A stretch of 64,000 nt of DNA, counting the filler, from Sphacelaria rigidula (taxonomy: Eukaryota), in the NCBI GenBank assembly GCA_964200075.2. It is 10 parts of 10 records of this genome, joined end to end, with 100 filler letters (N's around TTAATTAATTAA, not from the genome) between each part and the next. Parts side by side here need not be neighbours in the genome. Positions count along the whole stretch, not along the records: positions 51,303 to 57,614 come from CAXNAA020020846.1; positions 57,715 to 64,000 come from CAXNAA020021007.1; 8 more parts are not named here. One strand, given 5' to 3'. This document shows, piece by piece, positions 51,873 to 64,000 of the stretch (the first letter of the stretch is position 1; the number at the start of each line of letters is the position of its first letter). The notes below the pieces were generated by a model that saw only the letters and a program-made list of their open reading frames with translations, did not search any database and was not told the DNA's origin. The position numbers and the translations under genes were made by a program.

Positions 51873-53599
51873 TAACTATCAGCGATTACAACATTTCGAA
51901 CCGCTGTCGTAGCTCGTGCGTCCCGAATTTTTCTGAGCAGTTCTCACGGCTCAATATGGCGTTGTCTGGAGGAGCGTCGACGGGGGCGGGGGGCGATGCT
52001 AAACAGAGGGGCGCTGCGCTCGCCTCCGCCCCGGCACCCCAGACGCGGTCGTCTTCCACCAGGTCTGCGGCTGCGGCATACAACGACGGCATTGATGACC
52101 CTGCCCCGGGGTGGCTCGCCCTCGACGATGGGATGACGATAGGTTTGCCGCGGGCGACAATCCAACAGATCGATACGTTGGACAGCCAGGTGGGCGATAT
52201 CACCGAAAACATGGGCCGCATTAGTGATCGCGTGGACACCATCGCCGACAACCTGGAGGGCACCAAGACGAGCGTGGAGGGTTTGGATTCCAAGATGACC
52301 TCGGTTACAGACGAGGTTCGTCAGTTGATGGAGGTGGTCCAACAGTTAGTTTCATCAGGAGCGAGACCCGTAGAATCCGTCAACCGTCCCAATGACAATA
52401 ATGTTTCCCACGCGGCAGTCAGAGGTCCTGGCACAGAGGCGGCTAGGCCGCTCCCTACCGGCGCTGGTGATGTGTCCCTGCGGTCATTGGCCCGGCCAGC
52501 GGTGGTATGGCCAGGTTCGCCAGGGATACGCGCGGAGCCGCGCGGGAAATTTGCGGAGGCTGGCTGGGGATCACGCACCTTTCACATCGGTTCGACGGCA
52601 GCACAACCCGCCCCCCCCGTTGCTCGTTGGGAAAACACCGAACTGCAGACAGCAAACCTTGCCAATTCGGGACCCGTGGGTCGAGGTGGGTCGTGGACCA
52701 ACGCGCAGCCGTAGGGTGGACAGCAGCCGGCGGAAAATCACGGGTCCCGAATTGGCAGGGTTTGCTGCGACGGAAGTACGGGGTGCGAGATCGTGTGCAG
52801 CTTTGGCAGGACGCCGCATCAAGTAAGTGGTGGCTCCTCACCGGCAAACCGCCGGCACAGTCATTCAGTCCACCTGAGTTGCAGGGCGTCCTGGGTGCTA
52901 TGATACATGTCTCTTCGAAGGTAGTGAACATGTTCCGCACTCTCTCTCTACTTGACGTTGCAGCAATCATGCCGCGCGGTGCGGTGGGATCTAGTTCGAG
53001 CGACAAGATATCCCTGCCGCACTGTTTGGGTCTGATGGGTGGAGCCTTCGGGCGCTTGCTGGGTGCCGGTCTGGGAGCGCCGTCCGTGGCAGAGGAAGCG
53101 ATGTGTGCCAGCCGGGTGAAGGCGCTTATGGCAGCCTTTGCGAACATGACCTCCGATCTTCGGTCGTACACCAACGCCCACTTCGACATGATGACGCAGC
53201 GCGCGGGTACTGATACCACGACCCGCATCATCAAGTCTGACCTCGGCAAGTGGTCTGATGCCTTGGCACAGTGGTCGCAGCACTTGTTCGCGAATAACCG
53301 TTCTTCGCCACCGTCGGTCGGCGTTCTCCCTCCTCCGGTTGTTCCCGCCTTTCCCCAGCTATGCTCGTTCATCGAGACCGGGGGCAACGCTGTGCAAATG
53401 GTAAAAGCGGGGTACGTTGACGCGTCGGAAGAGAGGGGAACAGGAAGCGCCACCGCTGGGGGTGGGGTGGGGGGGATCGATCGGGTTCCGACAACCGGGG
53501 TGCGGGGAATTGGGACACCGCAGCCGGAGACTGCGGGTCATCGGCGGCAAAGCGGGTGCGGCGGAACCAGCCATGCTTCGTTTTTCTGGACTACGGTCC

Positions 53600-55570
53600 C
53601 TGTCGGTCATGCTGTTCAAGGTGTTCGTCGTTGGTTTGGTGACTTTAAGGGTTTCCCGGATATCACTCTGTTGGCAAGGGTGCTAGAACGAGGTGTGCCA
53701 GTTGATGTCCAACCCTGGGGTGATTTGGTTAATGCGATGAACTATGGGAACCATAGTGGGGTGGATGAGCACCAGGACCGTATATATGAAAAGCTGCGCC
53801 TGGATGTTATCAACGGTCGCGCACTGGTATTTGACGTGAGACGGGTCTTCGATATTAAATTATTCCGTGTGTCCCCGCTTGGGGTGGTGGTGCACCCCAA
53901 AGTTCGTATCATACATGATTTCACCTTTTCCCCCCGTCGAGCGCCACACACCAGTGTTAATGCGGACACAGACTTTTTGCAGGCACCGCCGTGTGACATC
54001 GGTGGAGTGCTGCGTAAAGTTCTGATCCGGGTTTTGTTCTTGCGACAGAAATTTGGCCCCACGACCCGCATTGTGCTGAGTAAACTTAATGTCAAGGAGG
54101 CATTTCGCCAGGTATTGGTGGACTCAGCACGGGCCGCTTATTTCGGGTACGTGTTTGGTGATATGGCGGTCGTCGATCTGTGTCTGGAATTCGGTTGGCG
54201 TAGCAATCCCGTTTGCTAGCGGCGGCCTTGGGACACTCGCACAACAACACATCCTTTTTTACGCAAGAAGTGACGGATATCGGTCGTCGTGATGCCCAGT
54301 CTATCAAAATGGCATCACGCCGGCAGGAACGCGTTGCAACTCTGCCCCCGGAGTGTAGGATCGCTCCGGGAGTTGGTGGGGTGGACGAGCCCTTCTTCAT
54401 GTACATCTACGTTGACGAAAGTATATTGGTGGATGTTCAGTATTTTCCTGACGGCAGGCGATGTTTGTGCGCATTGAGGTCCTTGATATCAGATCATTAT
54501 CGTTTACTGGGTGAGATGGGGTCGGATGACCCCCCGTTGTTAGGCGCCGACAAAATTTCGGCGTGGGACACCCGATTGGTACTACTGGGGTGGGTGATTG
54601 ATACTGACTCCCTATCAATCTCGCTGTCAGAGGAAAAAATCTCAAAATTGCAAAAGCTGATGTTGCAATGGCCTCGGGATCGCAAGTGTGCAACAGTGAG
54701 AGACATTTCGTCGTTGACCGGTTTCCTGCTACACGTCTCCTACGTTTTGCGTCCGGGGAAGGTTTTTGTCCACCACATGCTCGCATCGGCGGGGGTGCGC
54801 CGTCCCTGCTCGTCCTGTGTTGTGACGGAGGAGGATTTTCAAAAGAGGGCGGCGACGAAGTCGCGAGTGGTGGTTTTGAGCCCGGAGTTTCACGATGGTT
54901 TAGACGTGTGGCGTTGGCTGTTAGTGACGGTTTGTCGCGGGATGGAGCAGTACTATCATCTCCGGTGTACCGAGTAGTGTTGCGCCCACCCACGCTGTCC
55001 TTTTTTTCGGACGCATCGGGTGCTCTGGTTGGCGGATATTGTCTGCAGTCGGGCTTGTGGTGGCGCTATGACTTGTCCGATGAGGAACGTTCTCAGTTTA
55101 AAGGTGACACGGTGCACTCGGAAGAGGACATCTCCATCAGTGTCCTGGAACTGTTAGATATGGTCATGTCGGCGTGGGTGATATTTTTTCTAGGTGGGAG
55201 ACGACCACGAAATCACGCTGATTGCGTGCTGTTACGTGGAGACAATTCAGCCGCTGTGACTTGGGTGAATAAGTGCAGAGGGGGGAAGGAGCCGCGATCG
55301 GGCGCTCTGATGCGTATGCTTGGCATGTTGGAGATAGCTTCCGGATGGCTGTTTGAGGCGAAGCACGTGCCGGGGATTCTGAATGATGTTGCTGATGGTA
55401 TTTCGCGATGGCCAATCAATCGTATCTCCGCTAACCTCTCGTCTCGCCGTCCCGATGTTCAATGGCATATGCAGGACATCGGGGCAGAGGGGAGGCATCT
55501 GTGTTCATGCATTTTGGCCGCGGGTTCGTCCGAAATGAATGTCATTGCGCCGTCGGCTGCGAGAACTTAA
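53600..55570 (+). pseudogene. DIRS-type reverse transcriptase/RNase H, frameshifted
   Basis: Split over ORFs 52507-54219, 54213-54977 and 54668-55570; catalytic residues degenerate (N for D in KLNVKEAF; YVDE for YVDD). Confidence 0.88.
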
Positions 55571-55609
55571 AAATGATATTTTGGTTCCTGGGTTAAGTTC
55601 CGGCGGGAG

Positions 55610-56850
55610 ATGAACCAAGTCGTGTTTTTAAGTGACCGTGATGAGGTGATACATGACGTGTGGTCATTGATTGAGTACATAGGTTATGTGTGTGCCAAGA
55701 AAGGATTGCGGTCGAACACCGTGGCAAGTCATTTAGCTGCAATTGCGTATTTCCATCGTACGAAGAGGGCTGTCGATTTGGACATTCAGCACTCGTTAAT
55801 CAAAAATGTATTGATGGGATTGAAGCGTAGCCACGCTGTGATAGGATCACAGCAGCGAGTTCGACGTCCGGTGGCGTTGTCAGAGTGCTTATGGACGGAG
55901 AACGTCTGTCGCGTGGATGGGGTCCAGGTGGCCGCGTGCTGTGGCTGGGCTTGTGTGCATCCTTTTTCTTTCTCACGAGGTCTTCCGAGATGTTTGCGGA
56001 TTATGTTCATTCTCATCACCCACTTTATTGTTCGCGTAGGAGGGGTGCGGATTGTTTTAAGGGACGGACGCAGTTGCGTCGACCTGAGTGGGGTACAGCA
56101 GACCGGGTGGAAGTGCGATTTCGAGCTTCCAAAGGGGATCAGTTACGAGTCGGAATGGTAGTAACGCGCGTTCGCGAGGGTCCTGCCTTGGAATTTCGAG
56201 CGGGGAGTGGAACAGTCGCGCTAGTGATTGAACTAATAACAGGGGATTCAATACAATGAGGTTGATCAATGAAATGAGGTATGAGGGGGCTAGCCACTAT
56301 GCGACAAAACTCCGAGGGAAGTTCCGTCCGTAAGTGCCTTCGATCATTTCCGGGTGGGTGAGGCGTGCTCATTTGTCGCTTGCCTTAGTCGTTTGACCAT
56401 CGACGACGCCCCGTTTCGAAAGGTCAATAGTCAAACGACTAAGGCAAGCGACAAATGAGTACGCCCCACCCCCCCGAAAATGATCGAAGGCACATGCGGA
56501 CGGTACTTCCCTCGGGTTTTTGTCGCATACTGGCTAGCCTCCTCAAACCTCACTTCATTGATCAACCTCATTCAATAGAATCCCCTGCTTAATGTACCTT
56601 TCAATTTCGTACCTGAGGTCCCGCTTATGACATATGATGCGCGGGATTCCGAGGAATCACTGGTGTGTGGAATCGGTATGATGCTGTGGCAGCGCTACAG
56701 CAAGTGGTCGCGTTGGCTGGGCTCCCGACCGCAGAGTTTGCGTTGCACTCTTTGCGGATTGGGGGCGCCACCGACTTGTCGGCAGCAGGAGTGTCTCCAG
56801 AGATGAAAGAAATGGGAACCGAGGTGGAATAGTTGGTTACATATGCACAG
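55610..56850 (+). pseudogene. Tyrosine recombinase of the DIRS element, interrupted by a foldback insertion
   Basis: TVASHLAAIAYFH, FFFLTRSSE, VRFRASKGDQ, and after the insertion QVVALAGLPTAEFALHSLRIGGAT. Confidence 0.85.
56238..56589. mobile_element. Foldback element (about 165-bp arms, 18-bp loop) with apparent TAAT TSD
   Basis: Arms 56240-56404 and 56423-56587; TAAT at 56234-56237 and 56590-56593; removing the element restores ...IELM... of the recombinase. Confidence 0.85.
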
Positions 56851-58201
56851 AGGGGACAAGACCCTCCGGGCAGACTGTATTGCCGGGCGTGGAAACGTAG
56901 GGGTAGGGGAGGGTATCCGCACGTCGGCTTGGTTCGTGTGGAGGCTGGTGCGATTGCGCTCAGTGCAATCTCCAGGTGAGTGCCAACGGTCGGATACGTG
57001 AGGAGTCACATTGTTTTTGAATGGGTGTTTAATGACGTTTTCCCTACCCCACCCATAACCCCCCCCACGTCAGGGGGGAAAGGGGCGGGAGTGCGTCATG
57101 TGACAAAATTCGAAAGCAACTGCAAAAACTCTTTCTTTCTCACCCCACCCCCTTTCCTGGGGACGATATCATCGCATCCTCTTCCCGAGCAATTTCAGCG
57201 GAAAGTGGGCTCCTCCAACGTTGAGGACCGCGAGGAGGGTAGTCCATCCGGATTATGCATATTTTTGTCAGGTGAAATTAGTGCCGATTTAACATAACAA
57301 CATGACTCAGGCCGTGTCTTCGACCAACTATAATGGGAGCCGTTCAAAATTCCTGTCGAAATCTGCCTTTCGAGCCCTTTTCTACCGATGTACGCTCGAA
57401 AAGAGGGCTAGGCAGGTGTTGACGCCTTAGGATGGCTTGCTCTGCTCGTTAAGACGGTTCTGGGGCAAGTCTGCATTTCCCGCTGGCCGCACTTTCGTTT
57501 TTGGTCAATTCAGCCCAAACACGAATTTTCAGTAAAGAACAGTGAACAGCCGATTTTATATTTTGGGGTTCATACAAAATATGGGGCTGAAGTGGCATAT
57601 CTGTCTTGCACGGANNNNNNNNNNNNNNNNNNNNNNNNNNNNNNNNNNNNNNNNNNNNTTAATTAATTAANNNNNNNNNNNNNNNNNNNNNNNNNNNNNN
57701 NNNNNNNNNNNNNNAAAGTAGTCGGAGAGATCACACGCGGGGACCGATTCCAGTACAAGTAGGTCTCCTGTAGTTCAATCGGTCTCAACGATTCTTTTGT
57801 AGTGTGGCTGCCCTTTTTTGTGTAGATGTTTTCGTTTCTTGCGTTCTTCTGCGGGCTGTTTGGGTTATGAGTATATTGGTGGTATGCTCCTTGCACTCTG
57901 TGACCACCGGTTCCAGAGATCGAGCTAATGTGATGGATATTATTATTAGTATCATTATGGCATTCAGTGAAATGTGCTTGCGAAACCAGGTGGCGACGGT
58001 AGTCAGTTGGTCGTTACGAGCAGGAGGGAGTGCTTCTATTCATCAGGGACTAAGGGTTTGCGATGCGTGCATTGATCGTGAGATGGATTGATTGTCGCAC
58101 GTTTTGTTGTTTTTTGCATTTCAGGTTTTCTGCACCGCGTACTCGTATCGACTACTGATATTGGTCGTTGTGCCTGCCATGTGTCTGTGCTTGTCGCGCA
58201 G

Positions 58202-61200
58202 AGGTTCAAGTCCGTGCATGCGGAGTTCGTGCAGCTCATGCGAAGGGTGGCACACAAACCCAACATCATGGAGGTACTGCCGATGTTCTTTGTATCGCCT
58301 TGAAGCTATCGTCGAGATATTGTACCCTGGTTGGTCTCCTATGCTCTAATACACCTAGGGTACCCTCCACTTTCGCAAGAAAATATCGTGAAGTGCTGCA
58401 CTCCTTCGCGTACGTTGTACAACACATCCACTGTTGTATAACTTCATTGCACCCTTCTTGCCCTGTTGCCCGAAGACAAGTGTATTTCAATACTGTACAA
58501 CCAGCAATTTCGCAACATGTTCCAATTTCCGAGGACATTATGCAGTCTTTTTCTCCGTGGATCATGCCGTTTCGCTAGGTAAGGTATGTTACTTTACTTG
58601 GAAGCAACGTTTTTTATTTTCACCAGCGACCAACGTTCGTCCCCGTACAGGAAATTTCCATGAAGAAATCATATACTGCCCGTGAACCAGCAACATCGGG
58701 CGGAGCATGTCGTGCGCCGTTGGTTTTAAAATTGTCTGTGTTTGGTTTGCGTGCGATGCGGGGTAGGTGTTGTCCATGGAGAACTTGCTGCGACAGCTGG
58801 AGAGGCAAGAGGGGCTCATGTCGCACATCCAAAAGGCTCTGGGGGAGTATCTCGAGGGCCAGAGACAGGTGCAGGGCAGCATACAGTAGTTGAAAATCAT
58901 TATCAACATTTCAAGCTGTTGTGGAAAATGACTATGATCATGAATTATCTTGTGCCGTTCATCGATAGCATCACATCAGTCGAAGATCATGGCCATGAAC
59001 ACGTCGAGTCGCTGCTGAAAATGACGATAATGTCGGTAGATTTGTTTTGCCGTCATGTCCCTTGTCGTTTTTCCACGCGTTTCGTCGCCGATTTTCTTCC
59101 ACATTGGGGGAGATTTTTTTTTTTTCGGATATATATATGTTGAGCTTATCCGTTGGCCGAACTTTCAGTGAAGTCTACTCCGTCGACTGAAGAGTCTTTT
59201 TTTCCCCTTCGGTTGATTCGTTTTCCATGGAAAGTGTACGATTTGGTTTGGAAAAGGTAGAATACGGTGAGTACGACCCTCTGGGTGACAAAATTTTTGG
59301 GACCCACAAAGTTATTACTGTATTCGCGGGGGTACTGAATGAGGAATAGTCGTATGCTACGCATGGGTCGTTTACACCATATTTACTGTACAACTCAAGC
59401 GGGTCCTGTACCGTCGTCGAGTATCACGTGGTGCTCGTTTCGATGTTTTGATCTTGTTTTTGTTATTGTTGATCGACACAATTGATGTCCGTTCTGTATC
59501 AACAGAAATCCAACCGTTGTCAGGTGCTTGAGGTAGGTGTACGGGCAGGAGCAGGGTTAGTGTTTCAGGTACCATGGAAATCTAGATATTTTATTTCGCT
59601 CGATACCACACATCGGACAACTGGAACAACGCAACATGAGTAATCGAAGACGATGCTCAGACCCGCTGGTCTCGAAACACCAAATACGTGACCCCGCGGT
59701 TCTAGAGGCCAAAGCGCCACCTCTGCGATACTGTGTGTGCTCGTCGTCCAGCGCCATAGGGACCAAATATGGAAAAAGGGACCAAATGAGCTAGCTCGTG
59801 CTTCGGATCAGGAAAATTTGAAAGAAGTAATTTACGGGTAGCTCACGAGCTGTCCGATGTGTGCCCGATACTACAGGGACCTCAAACACTCGAGATCATC
59901 AGTCCATATTCCAGGTACCTTGAGGTAGGCTGTACTGCAAACGCCCTCACAACCTGGCTACCCCGTCGTGTGGCAGTCTATCCTTGGTACATTTGCCATC
60001 ATGTTTATCAAAATATTTTGGTTGGTGTGTGAGTGACAGATATTTTGAATATTTTGTAATGCTCGCTCGTGATGGTTTGGGGAAATACATGACGCGGACA
60101 GGCTTTCAGCCGCTTCTATTTCGTCGGAGATGAAGATCTGCTGGAGATTGTGGGCAACGCCAACGAGCCGGCAAAGGTTGCGCAGCACCTCGGGAAGATG
60201 TTCGCCGCTGTTGGGGCTCTTAACATGACTTCAGGTGCTGTCTCATCGAGTTTTTCGGTCGTTTCGAATATTATGTCCTTGGTGTTCGTTAGCATCACCT
60301 CAGAATGAAGTGAAATGAGACGATATTGTTCCGATAGCCCAACACTTCGGTCCATGTGAACAGAATAGGCAGGTAACCTGCAAGTAGTGTCTAGCCCGCA
60401 GAAGAGTGGACGGGTTTAGAGAACCAGTTACCTGGCGTCATCATTTTGCAGCACTTTTCAATCAATTGAAACTGGGTTAATTGCACAGTAGCCGCCCCTT
60501 GACTTCGCGAGCATTGCCTCGCGAGGCAACGCAACGGAGTCATGCTCTCAACCCTAGTGGTCAACCGCCTAAGGCGAGCAACGAATGAGTACGCCCCCCC
60601 CCCCATTGGAGGCGTTACCAGAGGCTCGAGAAATCTCGCGTATCGGAGATATCTGGCACTTTGTTGGCCCATGACATGGCAGATGTGACATATGGATAAC
60701 GACACAACAAAGTCCGCAACTTGGCGAAATATCAATGGAACACTTACTCTCGAAAATAGGTGACGCAGGACCGATGGAGGCGTTTTCGATGGTGTCCAAA
60801 GACGGCGAGGAAGTGCCCTTCAAGACCCCCGTCAAGGTTGCCGACGCTGGTGTGAAGGAGTGGCTGACGGAGATAGAAGGCGAGATGCGGAGAACGTTGG
60901 CACTGCTCTTGGGAGAGGCCGTGGGTGCCACGGGAGACCTGGCCAACACGTCCCGAGATGACGCACAGGTATACTTTCATGGTAGAAACTTTCACCGTAC
61001 GTGCGGTATGGATTTTCAGCATGTTTATGTCCATGGGGGTTTGTGGTTGTGAGGACGCCACCGCGGGTACGATCAGTCCGCAGGAGTCTTCACTTTTTTG
61101 TAGGCGCGTGTCGTTTGGCCTCTGAAGCGCTTCAAAAACTCTCACCCCCACCCTACTCCGTATAGGATTTTTGACAGAGGTGAGCATGAGAGCTGAGAGT

Positions 61201-63258
61201 TGTGAAACGAACCAGAAACCGAAATCATTTTTGTTGTGGAGAAGGGTTGTTGTATTGTCTGCTCGAGCAAACTCATGGTATATACACACGCTTGCTCCAT
61301 CGTTGCGAGAGTGAACGGAAAGTCGCCCTGCCCTCCTTCCCCTCTGTGTCACGGTTTTGTTGCCGTGGTGCTTTGGGATCATCGCGTGACCTCTTCCCCC
61401 GGATACGTACCTGGTGCTGTTGTTACGCGGCAAAATCGTACCCCGTGTCTGCCCCCCTCGTGTCCCCCAGGCATTCGTGGCGCTGTGCAACGAGTTCCCG
61501 GCCCAGATAGTGGCCTTGGCAGCGCAGGTATCTTGGTCATCTTCCACTCTCATGGCGCTCAAGACAGGAGGAGCTGCTGCTGGGGGTGGTCTGCAGGCAT
61601 GTCTAGATGGGCTGGCTTGGCGCTTGTTGGCTATGTCTGAGAGTGTGCTTGGAGAGAGCCCCCCTGCTTTGAGGAAGAAGTACGAGCAATTGATCACGGA
61701 GCTCGTACGCCAACGAGACGCCACGAGGAGATTGCAGGTTGGTTTGGCTTTCTCTCCAGTGCAAGTAAGTTCACCCGCTCCGACCCGTAGTCAGCAAGTA
61801 CAGGTACATCTCTGATTTGTCTTTAAAGGGATGCAACCCACACGAGGAGATGGTGAAAAACGTGACGTTATTGGAGGATGATTTTTTATACTTGTGTATC
61901 TTGTTCGGTAGTTTGCTCGATGATTGATGTTACTGTAAACTTTATCACGAAGACGTCATGTACGAATCGGATCCACTAAACGGATATGCCTCGTGTTGAG
62001 GAGACTGCAATAGTGGCCGTACAACAGGCCGCGAAAGTTCAGTCGAAGCTCACATGCGGGGAGATGCCTAAAGCTGTGTTTGCCCATTCACTGAAGCAAA
62101 CAAGTCAAAGTATATGCATTTGTGTGTCCATCATTTCTTTTGCTAAATTTAGTCCATCTGGAACTTCGAAAACTCCTCAAATTGGTGGAGGAGAAATCAT
62201 ACACGAAGTATATTTTTTGTTTTGTGCTCAAGGGCAACGTGTCCGTTGTGTTTTTTGTGTCAAAGCTCTCATCATGAGTTGATTCGATATTGTGTCGTGA
62301 GGGCGAAGAGTCATCGGATGCGTTCCGATTCGACACACTTTGCATGTCGTTTTAAAACATGCTTTTTCTCGACCGGCCGATCTACAATACGTCGCCCTTG
62401 TTGCAAGTTGTTGCAAGGTTGCGTTCAATTGCCATGATGACAGGAAGAGAGATTGTCACGCAACCTGCCAGCAATGTCTCTGCGATTCCACTGAAGGTTT
62501 CCCCGCCCGATTTTGTCGTTTGCCTTGTTTAGCTTGTCAGCATAACTATTATACGTAGTGTCACCTGCACGCAGAATACTGGTTGATGGCTTGATTTATT
62601 GGTGTGTCGGTTTGACGTTTATCGAGCATATTTACACATGTTGCCGCCACCCGGTGGTCTGATGATGCTCATGATGCAAGGCAAAGGCACTGGGTCGGTA
62701 AAATGATGCTGGTTCGATTCTCGGGAGATTCATTACAGTCGCTTTTGAGTCATGACAAATATCTGAGTCATCGTTGAGGACGTGAGTGATGAAGAGAGAT
62801 GACGGGAGGAGAGGCGACGCGGTGCGGCAGTATTTGGTCACAATCCAGTCCGCGACACTAACATGTACAGGGTAGAGGGGCAGAGATGGGTTCATCAGCC
62901 GAGACAACGGACTCGTTCCGAGGAAAAGGGACGATTCGACGTGTGACGAAAAATACTTGTACTTGGAAGTATGTGCAGCATGTATATGAGTCATTTGAAG
63001 GCTTCGTTTTCACAACACACAAGAGTAACGATCCCACGCGCGATGACAGCACGTTTTCCCGTTTTCTTCGCTTCAGGATGCTGACGGTGCGACGCCGGAG
63101 TCTTTTGAGTGGCTGAGCCAACTGCGCTTCGACCTGAATCCCTCCGCGAAAGACCCCACCAAAGGCCTCTCCGTCAAGATGGCAGATGCCAAGTTCGAAT
63201 ACGGCTTCGAGTATCTAGGCATCGGCGAGCGGCTTGTGCAGACTCCCCTGACCGATAG
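58202..63258 (+). CDS. DYNC1H1: Dynein heavy chain, probably cytoplasmic dynein-1 (linker to start of AAA1); exons 58202-58273, 58767-58868, 60102-60234, 60760-60968, 61471-61737, 63077-63258
   Basis: Spliced peptides [34 protein letters not shown]...[18 protein letters not shown]...[56 protein letters not shown]...[22 protein letters not shown]; in-phase GT-AG junctions. Confidence 0.93.
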
Positions 63259-64000
63259 GTGAAATCATGCACAAATACACGCCACACTGTTCGGTCGGCC
63301 GTTACCCCATGGAGCATACAAAAAAGGGTCATCACTATTCATGATTGATGCCACGTGTTTTCCTGTCATTCATTTGTGGGGAGGAGGGCAGCGTTTTCGG
63401 AGAAAGTTTTTTTCCAAGCATGGCTGGCTTCGCAACGCTCTCCACTAATCACGAAAGGAAGCAATCGCAATTGCTCTCTTTTCATCCAGAGCGAGGATAT
63501 GATGGATGGTTGTGATATATGTGGTACAAGTGTGTGTCTGGATGTCGTGTTGTACGGGGCAAAGTGTAATTCTCCTGACTGTTGAAGCTCGCAAAACTGT
63601 TTCGAGCCATCGTATTTCTGCAAGAACAATTCCCTACCATGGAAGACAGGTGACAATGGGCGCTGTTATTTGTGCTGTTGTTGGAGGCCTTGGGTTCATG
63701 GATGCAGTTTGGAATACCTAGTGTGGAGTACGCGGAAGTGGACAATAACGGCACTTTGTAACTTAGTTGGGGCTAGCGATGTGTGACAATACTTTTGGTA
63801 GCTTTAAGTACCCTCCTCGAAGTGATGATACTTGTAAATCGCAGGAAATGAGGGTAACCAAAACGATTAAAAATGAAGAACTTTGGTTGCATGAATCTCA
63901 GAAGGGTTATGCCATGTGACCGGCTTGTCGAGGGGTTTGCATCATTTTTACAACTTTCGAACATTTTTCACGTGATGAGTACCCCCCCCCCCCCCCCTCC

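Larger units (their letters stand above)
51900..57300 (+). mobile_element. DIRS/Ngaro-type tyrosine-recombinase retrotransposon, decayed
   Basis: Gag-like ORFs (51956-52714, 52507-), RT (SPLGVV..KVRIIHDFT, SKLNVKEAFRQV, LEFGW, YVDE), RNase H (FSDASG, ISVLEL, GDNSAAV, HVPGILNDVADGISR), tyrosine recombinase (FFFLTRSSE, RASKGDQ, HSLRIGGAT at 56746). Multiple frameshifts; element ends approximate. Confidence 0.9.

Noticed and set aside
6314..57714. Regularly spaced TTAATTAATTAA motif (period about 6.41 kb) as a biological repeat or array
   Set aside because: Always embedded in N runs of fixed length; it is an artificial six-frame-stop linker.
51303..64000. Functional linkage between the DIRS element and the dynein gene, or any cross-contig cluster
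   Set aside because: Separated by artificial spacers; different contigs.

Overview
This is eukaryotic, intron-rich and transposon-rich DNA, most consistent with a brown alga (Ectocarpales-like stramenopile; inferred from gene and repeat character, not proven). The window is not contiguous. It holds ten size-sorted contigs of about 6,312-6,313 bp (the last cut by the window edge), joined by an artificial 100-bp spacer (N44-TTAATTAATTAA-N44), so adjacency across spacers has no meaning. Recognisable host gene fragments: a METTL7/Methyltransf_11-like methyltransferase, a Fringe/GT31-like glycosyltransferase divergent from a TspO-like membrane protein, RFC1 (BRCT region), an SCP/FCP1-type CTD phosphatase, and cytoplasmic dynein heavy chain. 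Mobile DNA dominates: a decayed DIRS/Ngaro tyrosine-recombinase retrotransposon, an internally deleted Ty1/Copia, a PIF/Harbinger nuclease pseudogene, hAT-, Harbinger- and piggyBac-type non-autonomous elements (several nested), tRNA-derived SINEs, and many 3' ends of one LINE-like family that stop at a C-rich tract rather than poly(A). Contig 2 may be a decayed intron-containing P-element-like transposase (low confidence). Contig 4 carries an unidentified decayed multi-exon ORF set. I found no convincing intact novel system. The best leads are the C-tailed LINE family and a foldback element built from its 3' tip.
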